61,465 bases of DNA, filler included, from Chiloscyllium plagiosum (GCF_004010195.1; 4 parts of one record of this genome joined end to end with filler, not necessarily neighbours in it); one strand, 5' to 3'. Positions 1 through 11,307 are shown, counted from the first letter of the whole stretch. Made by a program: numbers and translations. Notes: generated by a model from the letters alone, not told the origin.

Positions 1-391
1 CTAGGAACCCTCCAACCACCAGGGATGAACTCGGATTTCACCAGTTTCCTCATTCTCCCTCCCCCCACCTTGTCTCAGTCAAATCCCTCGAACTCAGCAC
101 CGCCTTCCTAACCTGCAATCGTCTTCCTGACCTCTCCGCCCCAACCCTAGTCTGACCTATCACCCTCACCTTGACCTCTTTCCACCTATCACATTTCCGA
201 CGCCCCTCCCCCAAGTCCCTCCTCCCTACCTTTTATCTTAGCCTGCTGGACAAACTTTCCTCATTCCTGAAGAAGGGCTTATGCCCGAAACGTCGATTCT
301 CCTGTTCCCTGGATGCTGCCTGACCTGCTGCGCTTTTCCAGCAACATATCTCCGGCTCTGATCTCCAGCATCTGCAGACCTCACTTTCTCC
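1..391 (+). mobile_element. Penelope-like element (Neptune-type) 3' end: GIY-YIG C-terminus plus terminal repeat (family A)
   Basis: Frame 1 reads LGTLQPPGMNSDFTSF, matching the L.TL.P.GLN end of the Neptune GIY-YIG domain. It is followed by a pyrimidine-rich 3' region, a hammerhead motif and a tail ending CTCACTTTCTCC shared with several other copies in the window. Confidence 0.85.
263..298 (+). ncRNA. Minimal type I hammerhead ribozyme motif in PLE terminal repeat
   Basis: CTGAAGA-A-GGGC-ttat-GCCC-GAAA-CGTC: core CUGANGA and GAAA, 4-bp stem II, palindromic ACGT stem III, GUC triplet. Stem I is weak (ATTC/GATT). Confidence 0.7.
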
Positions 392-570
392 TTGGAGATA
401 TACAATGTCGTTGGGAGCAGTGACTCAGCAGATCCTGGAGTTGTGTCCTTCATTCAAGACTTTTAATTCAATCGATTTGTTTATTTTTGGTAGCACAGAG
501 TAATGTTTTATTAACACATGGTGATGACTGCTGAATCTATGTAACTTCCAAGAAGTCTATTCTTTCTCAG

Positions 571-653
571 ATTTCTTCCCAATACTCTGCGTGTTTTAAT
601 ACTCCAGCTTCAACACTTGAACACCTCCCCAGGCCGTGTGGAGAATTGCCCGG
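571..653 (+). pseudogene. Candidate exon of an unidentified (possibly decayed) gene
   Basis: Acceptor ttctttctcag and donor G|gtatgt in non-repeat sequence. Two frames are open; the third has two stops and reads ..PPQAVWRIAR. Confidence 0.3.
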
Positions 654-854
654 GTATGTCCTCTACACTAAAGATTAGTCCAATGCGGTGAATGAGCACC
701 CCCTCAGTCTATGGCAAGAACATTAGGTTTCTGGCAAGAACGTGAGGTGGAGGGTGCTCATCAGATCAGCCAGCATCTGATTGAATGGTGAGCAGATTCA
801 AGGGGCAGAGTGGCCTGCTCCTATTTGTAATTCTGATGCTGCTACGTCAATGAT

Positions 855-1160
855 TAGATTAGATTCCTTACAGTGTGGACACAGGCCCTTCGGCCCAACT
901 GGTCCACACTGACCCTCCGAAGAGTAACCCACCCAGACCCATTACCCATGTTTACCCCTGACGAATGCACCTAACACTATGGGCAATTTAGCATGGCCAA
1001 TTCACCTAACATGCACATCTTTTGATTGTGAGAGGAAACCCACGCAGACATGGGGAGAATGTGCAAACTCCACACAGACATCCGCCTGCGGCTGGAATCA
1101 AACCCAGGTCCTTAGTGCTGTGAGGCAGCAGTGCTCACCATTGAGCCACCGTGCTGCCCC
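855..1160 (-). mobile_element. HE1-like tRNA-derived V-SINE
   Basis: Reverse complement of the GGCAGCACGGTGGCTCAATGG head, the V-domain and an (AATCT)n tail. Confidence 0.9.
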
Positions 1161-1249
1161 CAAATGATAGAAGGGGTCAGGAGAAGTGCTCTATTATATA
1201 AATGGAAAGAGGGAGAAACTCCAAGAAAGCATCATGCTCTCACATAATC

Positions 1250-1640
1250 AAATAGAAACCGGGAGCAGGAGTAGGCCATTCGGCCCTTCGATTCTCCTCT
1301 CCCATTCAATATGATCAGGCTGGTCCTCTGACTTGTTCCCGCTTCCTTCCCCATAGCCTTCAATCCCTGTAGACCTAAGAACCGTATCTAACACCTTCTT
1401 GAATACATCCAATGCTTTGGTCTCAATCTCTTCCTGTGGCAGAGAATCCCACAGGATCCCCACTCTCTGAGTAAGACATTTCTCCTCATCTCAGTCCAAA
1501 ATGGCCCACCCCGTATCCTGAGACTGTGACCCCCCGGTTCTGGACTCCCCGGTCACCGGGAACATCCTTCCTGTGTTTACCCTGTCTAGCCCGGTTAGAA
1601 TTTTATAGGTTTCTATGAGATATCCACATCCCCTCCAAAT
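1250..1640 (-). mobile_element. CR1 LINE 3' fragment
   Basis: Minus ORF LWDSLPQ..VFKK..GIEGYG matches the CR1 ORF2 C-terminus, followed by 3' UTR. Confidence 0.8.
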
Positions 1641-1664
1641 TCTTCAAACCACCAGTGATTGGCT

Positions 1665-1805
1665 TGAAATAAAAACTGAAGGACTGCGGATGCTGTAAAT
1701 GAGAAAAAAGAACAGAAATTGCTGGAAAATCTCAGCAGGTCTGTCTGCACCTGTGGAGACAAATCAAGATTAATGTTTTGGGTGGAGTGATCCTTCCTTC
1801 GAACT
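1665..1805 (-). mobile_element. Old PLE terminal-repeat fragment (family D)
   Basis: Reverse complement of the CAGACCTGCTGAGATTTTCCAGCA...CAGCATCCGCAG tail with a decayed hammerhead region. Confidence 0.6.
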
Positions 1806-1969
1806 GGGCAGTAGTTCTTGTGCATGTAACACACAGAAGTAAGTATACAGGTACAGCAATTAATTAAGAAGGCAAGTGGACATTCGATCTTTATTGCAAG
1901 AGACTTTAAAACAGCAGAGCCCATGAATGACAGTGCAGCATGTTGGTGAGACTGCCACCTAGATTACTG

Positions 1970-2089
1970 AGGAAGGGCTTATGCCCGAAACGTCGATTCT
2001 CCTGTTCCCTGGATGCTGCCTGACATGCTGCGCTTTTCCAGCAACACATTTTCAGCTCTGATCTCCAGCATCTGCAGACCTCACTTTCT
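1970..2089 (+). mobile_element. 5'-truncated PLE family A terminal repeat with 15-bp TSD
   Basis: TSD CCACCTAGA(T/C)TACTG at 1955-1969 and 2090-2104. The copy starts inside the hammerhead core. Confidence 0.85.
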
Positions 2090-2289
2090 CCACCTAGACT
2101 ACTGTGTACAGTTGGACCTCTATATTTAAGAAATATTAGACTGGCATTGGAGGCAGTTCAATAGAAATTCATGAGGCTGATTCCTGGGATGAAGAGGTTG
2201 ATTTAGCGGGAACAGCTAAACAGGTTTAAGCCTTTATTTTGTAGAGTTTCAAAATACAAGGGGTAATCTTATTGAAACCTACAAGATTA

Positions 2290-2519
2290 CTACAAGAAAA
2301 CCTACACGCACAGCCGGTTTCAAAACAGTTTCTGTTGTTAGAATACTGAGTGGACTCACAAACTCTGAACATTCGCCTGTCCCTGTGTTTTTGTTTTTGC
2401 TGCTGTTTACCTATTATTTACTATCTATGCTACTTAACTCTGTGATCTGCCTGTATTGCTCACAAGACAAAGCTTTTCACTGTGCCTCGGTACACGTGAC
2501 AATCAATTCAATTCAATTC
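2290..2519 (+). mobile_element. Rex1/Babar-like LINE 3' end
   Basis: RT.RFQNSF-like terminus, conserved AAAGCTTTTCACTGT...GTGACAAT 3' UTR and (CAATT)n tail. Related ends lie near 33480-33670 and 52880-52945. Confidence 0.55.
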
Positions 2520-2848
2520 TATGAGGCTTTCACAGTGTAGATGTTGAGATGTTTCCACTAGTGGAGGAGGACCGAACATAGTTATCAAATAAGGGGGGCA
2601 AGCTGAAATGGGACGGTATTTCTTCCGCCAGAGGGTTGTGCGTGACTGGAATTTTCTACACCAGAGAATTGTGGGGGCTAGATCACTGAAAGTCTTTAAA
2701 GAGGAGGTGGAGAGATGTTGAACCATTGAGCAGTTGAGGGCTATTAGGAGCCAGCTTGAAAGAGGACTGGGGTATTCAACCACTCGTTGAATGATGGATG
2801 AGAGGGGCCAAAAGATCAACAACCGATCCAATTTCTTATGTTCTTGTG

Positions 2849-3010
2849 CTCAGCAATAACCTGCTCAGTGACGCCCAGTTTGGGCTCCACCAGGGCCACT
2901 TAGCTCCTGACCTCATTACAGCCTTGGGTCAAACATGGACAAAGGAGCTGAATCCTAGACGGGAGGGGAGAGACGGAGACAGCCCTTGATATCAAGGCTA
3001 TGTTTAACTG
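2849..3010 (+). mobile_element. RT fragment of a second CR1/L2-group LINE family
   Basis: Reads NNLLSDAQFGLHQGHLAPDLITALGQTW. Confidence 0.75.
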
Positions 3011-3392
3011 ATGAATGCAAAATGCTGTGGATTCAGGAAATATGAAATAAAAACAGATCTTCTCCGGAACAAGTCACATCAGACTTGATGAAACGTTAAC
3101 TCTGTTTCTGAGGGAAACCTCCAGATCACCTGCAATTGTAGACTCGAGTGGGGTGGAGAGGGTTGGAGAATGGTGTACGTGGGTCTGCAAGGGTTAATAC
3201 TGAGGAATGACAAAAGCACTATCCATTGTGATGATGCTAAACCGATTTTCAGAACAGCTTGGGATTGTGCAGGGATTAGATTCTTAACTGTCCTCGGAAA
3301 TGGCCAAACAAGCCACTCAGTTCAAAAGGCAATTAGGGATGGACAACATTTGTCTTGGAATAATAAAACTTAATTTCTTGACAACATTTTAG

Positions 3393-3500
3393 GCCTCTCC
3401 CTTTCACCTGATATCTCAACCGCGACTGGACCAGATTCCTCATGGCCAGAAGTGGGAGGAGCTTTCCTCATTAGGGGAAGACATCTTTGTCATGATCGAT
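3393..3500 (+). pseudogene. Candidate exon of an unidentified gene
   Basis: Acceptor acattttag, then an open frame ASPFHLISQPRLDQIPHGQKWEELSSLGEDIFVMID. The donor is weak or uncertain and a SINE begins just downstream. Confidence 0.3.
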
Positions 3501-3596
3501 GTGCTAGGGGTTCCTGTGTGGGGCCCTCCTGTGGTGCAGTGGGAATGGCCCCACCTCTGGACTGGGAGGCCAGGGTTCAGGCTGCACCCGCTACAG

Positions 3597-3924
3597 GGCG
3601 GCACGGTGGCACAGTGGTTAGCAATGCTGCCTCACGGCTCCAGAGTCCTGGGTTCAATTCCCGCCTCAGGCGACTGACTGTGTGGAGTTTGCACATTCTC
3701 CCCGTGTCTGCGTGGGTTTCCTCCGGGTGCTCCGGTTTCCTCCCACAGTCCAAAGATGTGCAGGTCAGGTGAATTGGCCATGCTAAATTGCCCGTAGTGT
3801 TAGGTAAAGGGTAAATGTAGGGGGTATGGGTGGGTTGCGCTTCGGCGGGGCGGTGTGGATTTGTTGGGCCGAAGGGCCTGTTTCCACACTGTAATGTAAT
3901 CTAATCTAATCTAATCTAATCTAA
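3597..3924 (+). mobile_element. Full-length young HE1-like V-SINE
   Basis: A box TGGCACAGTGG, B box GGTTCAATTCC, V-domain and (CTAAT)n tail. Inserted into a short tRNA-SINE that resumes near 4827. Confidence 0.92.
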
Positions 3925-3928
3925 AAAA

Positions 3929-4826
3929 CATAGAACATAGAACGTTACAGCGCAGTACAGGCCCCTCAGCCCTCGATGTTGCTCCGACCTGTAAAACCAA
4001 TCTGAAGCCCAACTAATCTACACTATTCCATTATCATTCACATGTTTATCCAATGACCATTTAAAGTTGGCGAGTCCACTACTGTTGCAGGCCGGGTGTC
4101 CCACGCTCCTACTACTCTCTGAGTAAAGAAATTACCTCTGACATCTGACCTATATCTATCAATCCTCGGCTTAAAGCTACGTCCCCTCGTGCTAGCCATT
4201 ACCATCCAAGGAGAAAGGCTCTCACTGTCCACTCTATCTAATTCTCTGATCATCTTGTATGCCTCTATTAAGTCACCTCTTAATCTTCTTCGCTCTAACA
4301 AAGACAGCCTCAAATCCCTCTGCCTTTCCTCATAAGACCTTCCCTCAAAACCAGGCAACATCCTAGTAAATCTCCTCTGAACCCTTTCCAATGCTTCCAC
4401 ATCCTTCCTGTAATGTGGTGACCAGAACTGCACGCAATACTCCAAGTGCAGCCACACTAGAGATTTGTACAGCTGCAGCATGACCTCATGGCTCCAAAAC
4501 TCAAGCCCTCTACCAATAAAAGCTAACACACCGTACACATTCTTAAAACCCTATCAACCTGGGTGGCAACGTTCAGGGATCTATGCACATGGACACCGAG
4601 ATCTCTCTGTTCATCCACACTACCAAGAATCTTACCATTAGCCCAATACTTTGCATTCCTGTTACTCCTTCCAAAGTGAATCACTTCACACTTTTCTGCA
4701 TTAAACTCCATTTGCCACCTCTCAGCCCAGCTCTGCAGCTTACCTATGTCTCTCTGTAGCCTACAACATCCTTCGGTACTATCCATACCTCCACCGACCT
4801 TAGTGTCATCCACAAATTTACTAACC
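3929..4826 (-). mobile_element. CR1 LINE, 5'-truncated (RT C-terminal part and 3' end)
   Basis: ORFs 4523-4897 (SKFVDDTK, WQMEFNAEKC) and 4038-4538 (HLEYCVQFWSPH), with a (TTCTATG)n tail. Confidence 0.93.
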
Positions 4827-4944
4827 CTCCTTCCAGAGATGTGTAATAATGACTCTGAATACACCGTAAAAAAAATGAGTGACAATGTATCATTCAATTC
4901 AATTAGAAAAATAAGTTAAATTTTAAAAAATGAGGGAGTGCTGT

Positions 4945-5065
4945 GAGGGGCCCTCTTGTGGTGCAGTAGTAGTGTCTCTACCTCTGAACCAGGAGGTCCA
5001 GGTTCAAGTCCCACCTGTTCCAGAGACGTATAACATTTCTGAACTGGTGGATGAGGAAAATATTT
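4945..5065 (+). mobile_element. Short tRNA-derived SINE (~120 bp family)
   Basis: TGGTGCAGTAG A box, GGTTCAAGTCC B box and a short body. Related copies at 3519, 25865, 26143, 37012 and 45835. Confidence 0.7.
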
Positions 5066-5858
5066 ATAAATCACCCCAAAACATTCTGGGCTGATGAGAA
5101 TTAAGGCATTGGAATGGGTTCAGCAAGTGTTTGCAAGGATGAAGGACTTCTGATCAGACTGGAGAGGGTGGGACTGTTCTCCCTGGAGAAGATGGGATTT
5201 GATTGAGCTGCTCAATATCACGAGATGTCCACTGGGGATTGGGGGGGCTGTTCCCATGTGTGGAAGGATCAAGAGCAAAAGGGAAAGGAATGATGGCAAC
5301 ATGAGGAGGAACCTTCTGACACAGCGAGGAGTTAGCATCTGGAATGCAATGCCTGAGTCTGTGGTGGAGGCAGGTTCAATCGAGGTTTTCAAAAGATAAA
5401 TAGCTGAGTGGAAAAGATTTGCAAGGTTAAGGGGAAAAGGCCAGGGGAATGGGAGTAGGTGAGTTCCTTTTATAATGAGCTAACATGGATACAGTGGCTA
5501 AATGGCTTCATTCCGTACCGAATCTCGGTATCTCAGTGAGAGTGGGATGTAATAGTTGTTTTGGATAGAGGGGTGGAGGGAGGGTTTTGGTTGTGTGATC
5601 CATTCACACCAATGAGATAATTACAGCATGACAACATGGGAGAGCATTGTAAAGGAGGGCTCTGCTCCACCAAGAAACATACGAAGGAGTTAATGAAACT
5701 TACCAAGATGTAAAGCCAAGCCCTCCTGCTGATTGTTTTCTTAAATATCAGAATAAAAAGGCAAACTCGTTGCTCGATGGTGATGCATATTCTACAAACC
5801 AAGGAGTTGAGTAGCATGTTGTGGACTCCCTCTGGTGGTGTGTGGTCTAGGGTGCATG

Positions 5859-6001
5859 AAGTCAAAAATCACACGACACCGTATTACTGTCCAACAAGTC
5901 TCACCAGGCCTCTGAAAGCTTGCGGTGTTGGACTGTAACCTGGTGGGGTGTGATTTTTGACATTGTCCACCCCAGTCCAACACCGGCTCCTCCACATCAT
6001 G
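5859..6001. mobile_element. PLE family C fold-back insertion
   Basis: Inverted arms AAGTCAAAAATCACAC.. / ..GTGTGATTTTTGACATT. Only the right arm carries the CACCCCAGTCCAACACC..ACATC tail. Confidence 0.7.
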
Positions 6002-6025
6002 GCTACGGTATGTGTCACTTCTTAG

Positions 6026-6215
6026 GAGCGGTTTTAAAAGAATGCTGGGGGGCCAGGGGGAGGTGTCCAGGAATATCTTTGGTAAATATATCAACTGGGG
6101 ATTTCTGCACGGTAGCCGCCCCTCCTATATGCCTGCGAGACATGACTACTGCACGTACCTTGAGCAGTTTGACAGGCTCCACATGAGTTACTTTCGGAAT
6201 ATCGTGGCTCTGAAT
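6026..6215 (+). CDS. Candidate coding exon of an unidentified gene
   Basis: Acceptor cacttcttag, donor AAT|gtgagg. Stop-free SGFKRMLGGQGEVSRNIFGKYINWGFLHGSRPSYMPARHDYCTYLEQFDRLHMSYFRNIVALN with many C/G-ending codons and retained CpGs. It matches no repeat seen elsewhere in the window. Confidence 0.4.
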
Positions 6216-6654
6216 GTGAGGACAAGCTCCCATGAATGCTCTAATGATGCTCGTGTCCTTCAAGGTAAGGAATCCAGCATCCTGGCCAAGTCTGGCCTTT
6301 ACGTGACTCCAGACCCACAGCCAATGTAATTGACTCTTAACTGCCCTCTGGGCAATTAGGGATGAGCAATAAATGGTAGACTGGACAGTGATGCCCTCAT
6401 TCCATGAATGAATTATTTTAAAGAAAGAAGACAAAGTAGTGAAGGCAGCCATGTTTTCACAACTGAAAGGTGGACATTACCTAGCAGCTAGTCAAAGACT
6501 CCTCGAAACCAAGCCTCAGGAAAAGAGGTCAGTCGGCTTTGGAGGAAGAAATGATTTGAGGAATGATCTCAAGTGGTCATATTCCTTAGAGAAGGCTGAG
6601 GGGGTATCTGATTGAGATGTACAAAGTTTTGAGGGGCTATGGCTAGGGGAGATC

Positions 6655-7050
6655 ATAGAATCTCTACAGTATGGAAGCAGACCATTTGGCCTATTGAGTC
6701 CACCCTGACCCGCCAAAGAGCATGCCACCTGCCTGAGAACCCTGCTTTTTCCGTGGTTAATCCACCCTACAAGCTGGATACTATGAGCAATTTCCTATAC
6801 ATCTAATCTGCACATCTTTGGACTGGGGGAGGAAACCGGACTACCCAGAGGAAACCCACACAGACACGGGGGGGGGAGTCTATTTTTGTAAATGGCTCCT
6901 GCGCTCTCTCCAATGCATCCACATCATTATTGTAAGGTGGTGGGGAGAATGTATAAACTCCACACAGAGAGTCATCTGAGGGTAGAGTCGAACCCGGGTC
7001 TCTGGCGCTGTGAGGCAGCAGTGCTAACCACTGAGCCACCGTGCTGCCCC
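6655..7050 (-). mobile_element. HE1-like SINE containing a ~62-bp inverted CR1-derived insert
   Basis: SINE head at 7010-7050; the V-domain is split by the insert at about 6879-6941. Confidence 0.85.
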
Positions 7051-7084
7051 GGAGATAGGGCCAAAGACTCCACCTGAGTAAATG

Positions 7085-7915
7085 AGTCAATAACCAGGGG
7101 GCATTTTTTTTTAAGGTGAGGAACAGGAGGTTTGGAAGAAATTTGAGGAAAATCTTTTTCACCCAACAGGTGATGGGAATCTGAAACCCGCTGCCTTAAA
7201 AGGTGATAAGGGCAGGAACCTTCAAGACATTTAAGAAGTGCAAAGACTAATACTTTAGTATTAATAGGAGCATAGAGTACTAGAGCGGGGAGGTGACAAT
7301 AGTTAGACCTCAGCTGGAATAGTGTGTTCAGTTGTGGGCACCACATTACAGTAAGGATGTGAATGCATTGGAGAGAGTGCAGGAACCATTTACAAAAAAT
7401 AATTTCAGGGATGAGGAACTTCAGTGATGAGGATAGAATGAAGGAGTTGAGGAGAGTTCCCCATTATAAGTCACACAACACCAGGTTATAGTCCAACAGG
7501 TTTATTTGAAATCATAAGCTTTCAGAGCGCTGCCCCTTCATCAGATCCCCTCCACGTCATGGCTTCTCCTCGGAGAGAGGTCTGATAGAGTGGGCTGGGT
7601 GAGGCAGACAGGGTGAAGCTGTTCCTGCTTCACAGAAACAAGAACAAGAGGGGCTTAGGTTTAAAGGGAGATGCAAACAAAGCAAGGATGGTGGCAAAAA
7701 CATCTTTCTCGCTCAGCGACTAGTTAGGGTGTGGACTGCAATGTCTGGAAAAGTGGGGGAGGCAGTTTCAACTGAGGCATTCAAGGGGGATGGCTATTTG
7801 GATAGAAATGGCGAGCAGGGAAATGGGGCAAAGGCAAGAGATTGGCACTAGGGGATAGAACCGTGCAGGCACGATGGGCCAAATAGCCTCCTTCTGCACC
7901 GTAATCATTCTGTGA
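7085..7915 (+). mobile_element. Old CR1 3' fragments with a nested PLE family C piece (~7470-7560)
   Basis: VRPQLE.CVQLWAPH and DVNALERVQ remnants and a CR1 3' UTR. Confidence 0.75.
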
Positions 7916-8872
7916 TCACAAAAACAAACCGTTGACAGCGATTTCTGTTTGCATGGGCTCATTGTGCAGCTTTCATCCTCAGTAATCTGCAGTAAAGTCC
8001 AAATGAGTTTCGCAAAGTCTAAAATGTCAACAGATCAAACCATGACTGAATTGTATATTTCAATACCGGCTTATTAATGAGAGCAACATTTGCCTTTGTG
8101 CAAATGTTCCTTTGTCACAACTCTCTTTGTCTGAGCAATAATCTTCCATAATCTACTCCTAAGCAGCAACTCCATTTTTTTTATTGGTTTTTAACATTTA
8201 CTGTCTGGTCAAGTTTGAAACCCTTAAGGTATAAAACACCAGCATCCGTTGTAAATCCCACTGCCACCCCTTCTCATTAATTAGCCCACTATAAATAAAC
8301 ACTATCTAGGAGGCTTCACACCATAGATGCAATTAGGCGACACTGTAATTTGAGCCCCATAATGCCTCATTTTAAGATTTAATTAGAGGCTAATTACACA
8401 CAATTAATAGGTGAAATCAGAATATTTTCTATAGTATTGTTTCTATAGCAACACAAGCTACAGCTTATGTGACAGGCTGATGGGTGTAAAATTATGCCTT
8501 TTCATGGACTTCAATGACTAATTTTGTCACACATTTTGGTTTCTGTGCATATTGTATCAAAATACCGTGTTCCGATACAGTTGTCATTAACTTCTGTCTT
8601 CTGCAAACTTACCTGATAGCTTGTAATTACAGCATATAAGTACTTGCACATTACTGAAATCTGCTACTCCTCACAGTTCCTGGTAATTAGAAAGCTCACA
8701 AGAACAGAGCATTAGGAGAATAATTTAGGAACACTAATATCAACTTTATGTGGAAAAGCAGGGTCATTATCAAGTAATTACCACCCCTGCAAAGCAGGTG
8801 TACGTACTTATCATAAATGGGAGCATTTGTAAGAAAGCTCTCTCCCTGTCTCACTTAGCAAACCAGCAAGCA

Positions 8873-8960
8873 ACACATGCACTCACACACACACTCACAC
8901 ACTCACTCACTCTCTCACTCTCTCACTCACTCTCTCACACACACACACACACTCTCTCTC
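8873..8960. repeat. Compound (CA)n/(CT)n/(CACT)n microsatellite
   Basis: Seen directly. Confidence 0.9.
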
Positions 8961-9721
8961 TGGGAGTGAGGGACAATTGACAGTCCGTTCCTGATTACAG
9001 AGCTGCAGGAGGAACTAATAATTCTCAAAACAAAAATGCCTTACATACAAAAATCCCATAATTGTGGTTCCCTGCAGGAATGTCAGCCTTGGGATCCATC
9101 ATTCTGTGCTGTCTCTAAAGAAACAATGGGCATTTCATCTGAAGATCAGATTGTGAGTGTAGATGAATAACCCAAGCAGCTACCAACATGGGCATTTTCA
9201 ATCAATTTAATATCTTTTTTTTAACAATATGCGCAGAAATTGCTTACTGAATGCTATTCTGCTAAGCGCTTGCTAGGGACATAGTTGTCTGGATGGCAGC
9301 TTTGTGGTATCGAGTTGATGCTGACAGTGTGGGAGTAATTCCCGTCCCAGGTGAGGCTATTGTGAAGGTCCCTTATCTGTGGTGACCCTCTGCTTAGACC
9401 ACCACCAGTTGTCTCTCTGTCTCTAACAAGGGAGCGCTCCTCTGGGATTATCTTGACTCGGGTCTGCTAAGGATTTGAAATTCCCAATGCTCTATAAAAC
9501 TTGCAGAAATGTAGGTGCAGTGAAAAAATATTTTCAAGCTGGCTGGAACTGGCCATCGTATGGAGTACACTGGTGATACAAAGCCAGCTACTGCTCACTG
9601 ACTGACACCTCTCATTGCCAAGTCAACGAGGGTTGTGGTTTCAAGTCCCACTCAGCAGTTTGACCTCAGAGAAATGAAGGACAGCAAGCCAAAGCAGTGC
9701 TGAGGAAGTGCTGCACTGTCA

Positions 9722-10445
9722 CAGAGTCATCGATTCATACAGCACAGAAACAGACACTTCAGTCCAACTCATTTGTGCCGATCAGACATCCTGATCTAAC
9801 CTACTCCCATTTGCCAGCATTTGGCCCTTATCCCTCTAAACCCTTCCTATTCACAACTGAAACCTAGCAGCTGGGTCAAAAGCTTCTCGAAACTGAGCCT
9901 CAGGAAATGAGGCAAGTCTGCCTTGAGCTGGGAGGAAGAAATTATTTGGGAAATGTTCTCAAGTGGTTGTATTCCTTATAGAAGGCTGAGGGGGTATCTG
10001 ATTCATCTACCCATCCAGATGCCTTTTAAATGCTGTAATTGTACCAGCCTCCACCAACCACTTCCTCAGGCAGCTCACTCCACACATGCACCACCCTCTG
10101 CCTGAAAAAGTTGCCCCTTAGGTCCCTTTTAAATCTTGCCCCTCTCACCTTAAACCTATGTCCACTATTTCTGGACTCCCCCACCTCAGGGAAAAGACCT
10201 TGGCTGTTCACCCTATCCATGCCCCTCATGATTTTAAAAACCTCTATAAGGTCACCCCTCAGCCTCCGATCGTCCAGGGAAAACAGCCCCAGCCTATTCA
10301 GCTTCTCCCTATAGCTCAAACCCTCAAACCCTGGCAACATTCTTATAAATCTTTTCTGCATTCTCGTAAATTTAACAACATCCTTCCTATAGAAGGACCA
10401 CCAGAATGGAACATGGTACTCTAAATGTAGCTTTATCAATATCTT
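9722..10445 (-). mobile_element. CR1 LINE 3' portion with a ~150-bp foreign insert
   Basis: ORF 10026-10439 (RLRGDLIEVFK, NFFRQRVV). The 3' end is interrupted at 9854-10005. Confidence 0.88.
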
Positions 10446-10468
10446 ACACTTGTGCTTTGTAGATGGTG

Positions 10469-11307
10469 CTGAAAATGTGTTGCTGGAAAAGCGCAGCAGG
10501 TCAGGCAGTATCCAGGGAACAGGAGAATCGATGTTTCGGGCATAAGCCCTTCTTCAGGAATGAGGAAAGTGTGTCCAGCAGGCTAAGATAAAAGGTAGGG
10601 AGGAGGGACTTGGGGGAGGGGCGTCGGAAATGTGATAGGTAGAAAGAGGTCNNNNNNNNNNNNNNNNNNNNNNNNNNNNNNNNNNNNNNNNNNNNNNNNN
10701 NNNNNNNNNNNNNNNNNNNNNNNNNNNNNNNNNNNNNNNNNNNNNNNNNNNNNNNNNNNNNNNNNNNNNNNNNNNNNNNNNNNNNNNNNNNNNNNNNNNN
10801 NNNNNNNNNNNNNNNNNNNNNNNNNNNNNNNNNNNNNNNNNNNNNNNNNNNNNNNNNNNNNNNNNNNNNNNNNNNNNNNNNNNNNNNNNNNNNNNNNNNN
10901 NNNNNNNNNNNNNNNNNNNNNNNNNNNNNNNNNNNNNNNNNNNNNNNNNNNNNNNNNNNNNNNNNNNNNNNNNNNNNNNNNNNNNNNNNNNNNNNNNNNN
11001 NNNNNNNNNNNNNNNNNNNNNNNNNNNNNNNNNNNNNNNNNNNNNNNNNNNNNNNNNNNNNNNNNNNNNNNNNNNNNNNNNNNNNNNNNNNNNNNNNNNN
11101 NNNNNNNNNNNNNNNNNNNNNNNNNNNNNNGTCCCTCCTCCCTACCTTTTATCTTAGCCTGCTGGACACACTTTCCTCATTCCTGAAGAAGGGCTTATGC
11201 CCGAAACGTCGATTCTCCTGTTCCCTGGATGCTGCCTGACCTGCTGTGCTTTTCCAGCAACACATTTTCAGCTCTGATCTCCAGCATCTGCAGACCTCAC
11301 TTTCTCC
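10469..11307. mobile_element. PLE family A inverted (head-to-head) insertion spanning an N-gap
   Basis: Minus arm 10469-10651 lacks the 36-nt tail; plus arm 11131-11307 has it. A 12-bp TSD TTGTAGATGGTG lies at 10457-10468 and 11308-11319. Confidence 0.88.
11179..11214 (+). ncRNA. Minimal hammerhead ribozyme motif (intact core)
   Basis: CTGAAGAAGGGCTTATGCCCGAAACGTC at 11183-11210. Confidence 0.7.

Larger units (their letters stand above)
1825..2845 (+). mobile_element. Degenerate CR1 ORF2 3' part hosting nested insertions
   Basis: Remnants of QVQQLIKKA, LEAVQ.KF and RGNLIETYK motifs and a CR1 3' UTR, interrupted at 1970-2089 and about 2290-2519. Confidence 0.75.

Noticed and set aside
3597..3670. 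tRNA gene
   Set aside because: The tRNA-like head continues into a SINE body and tail; the same applies to the other A/B-box heads.
10632..11186. 184-aa ORF and other X-rich ORFs
   Set aside because: They are open only because they run through N-gaps.
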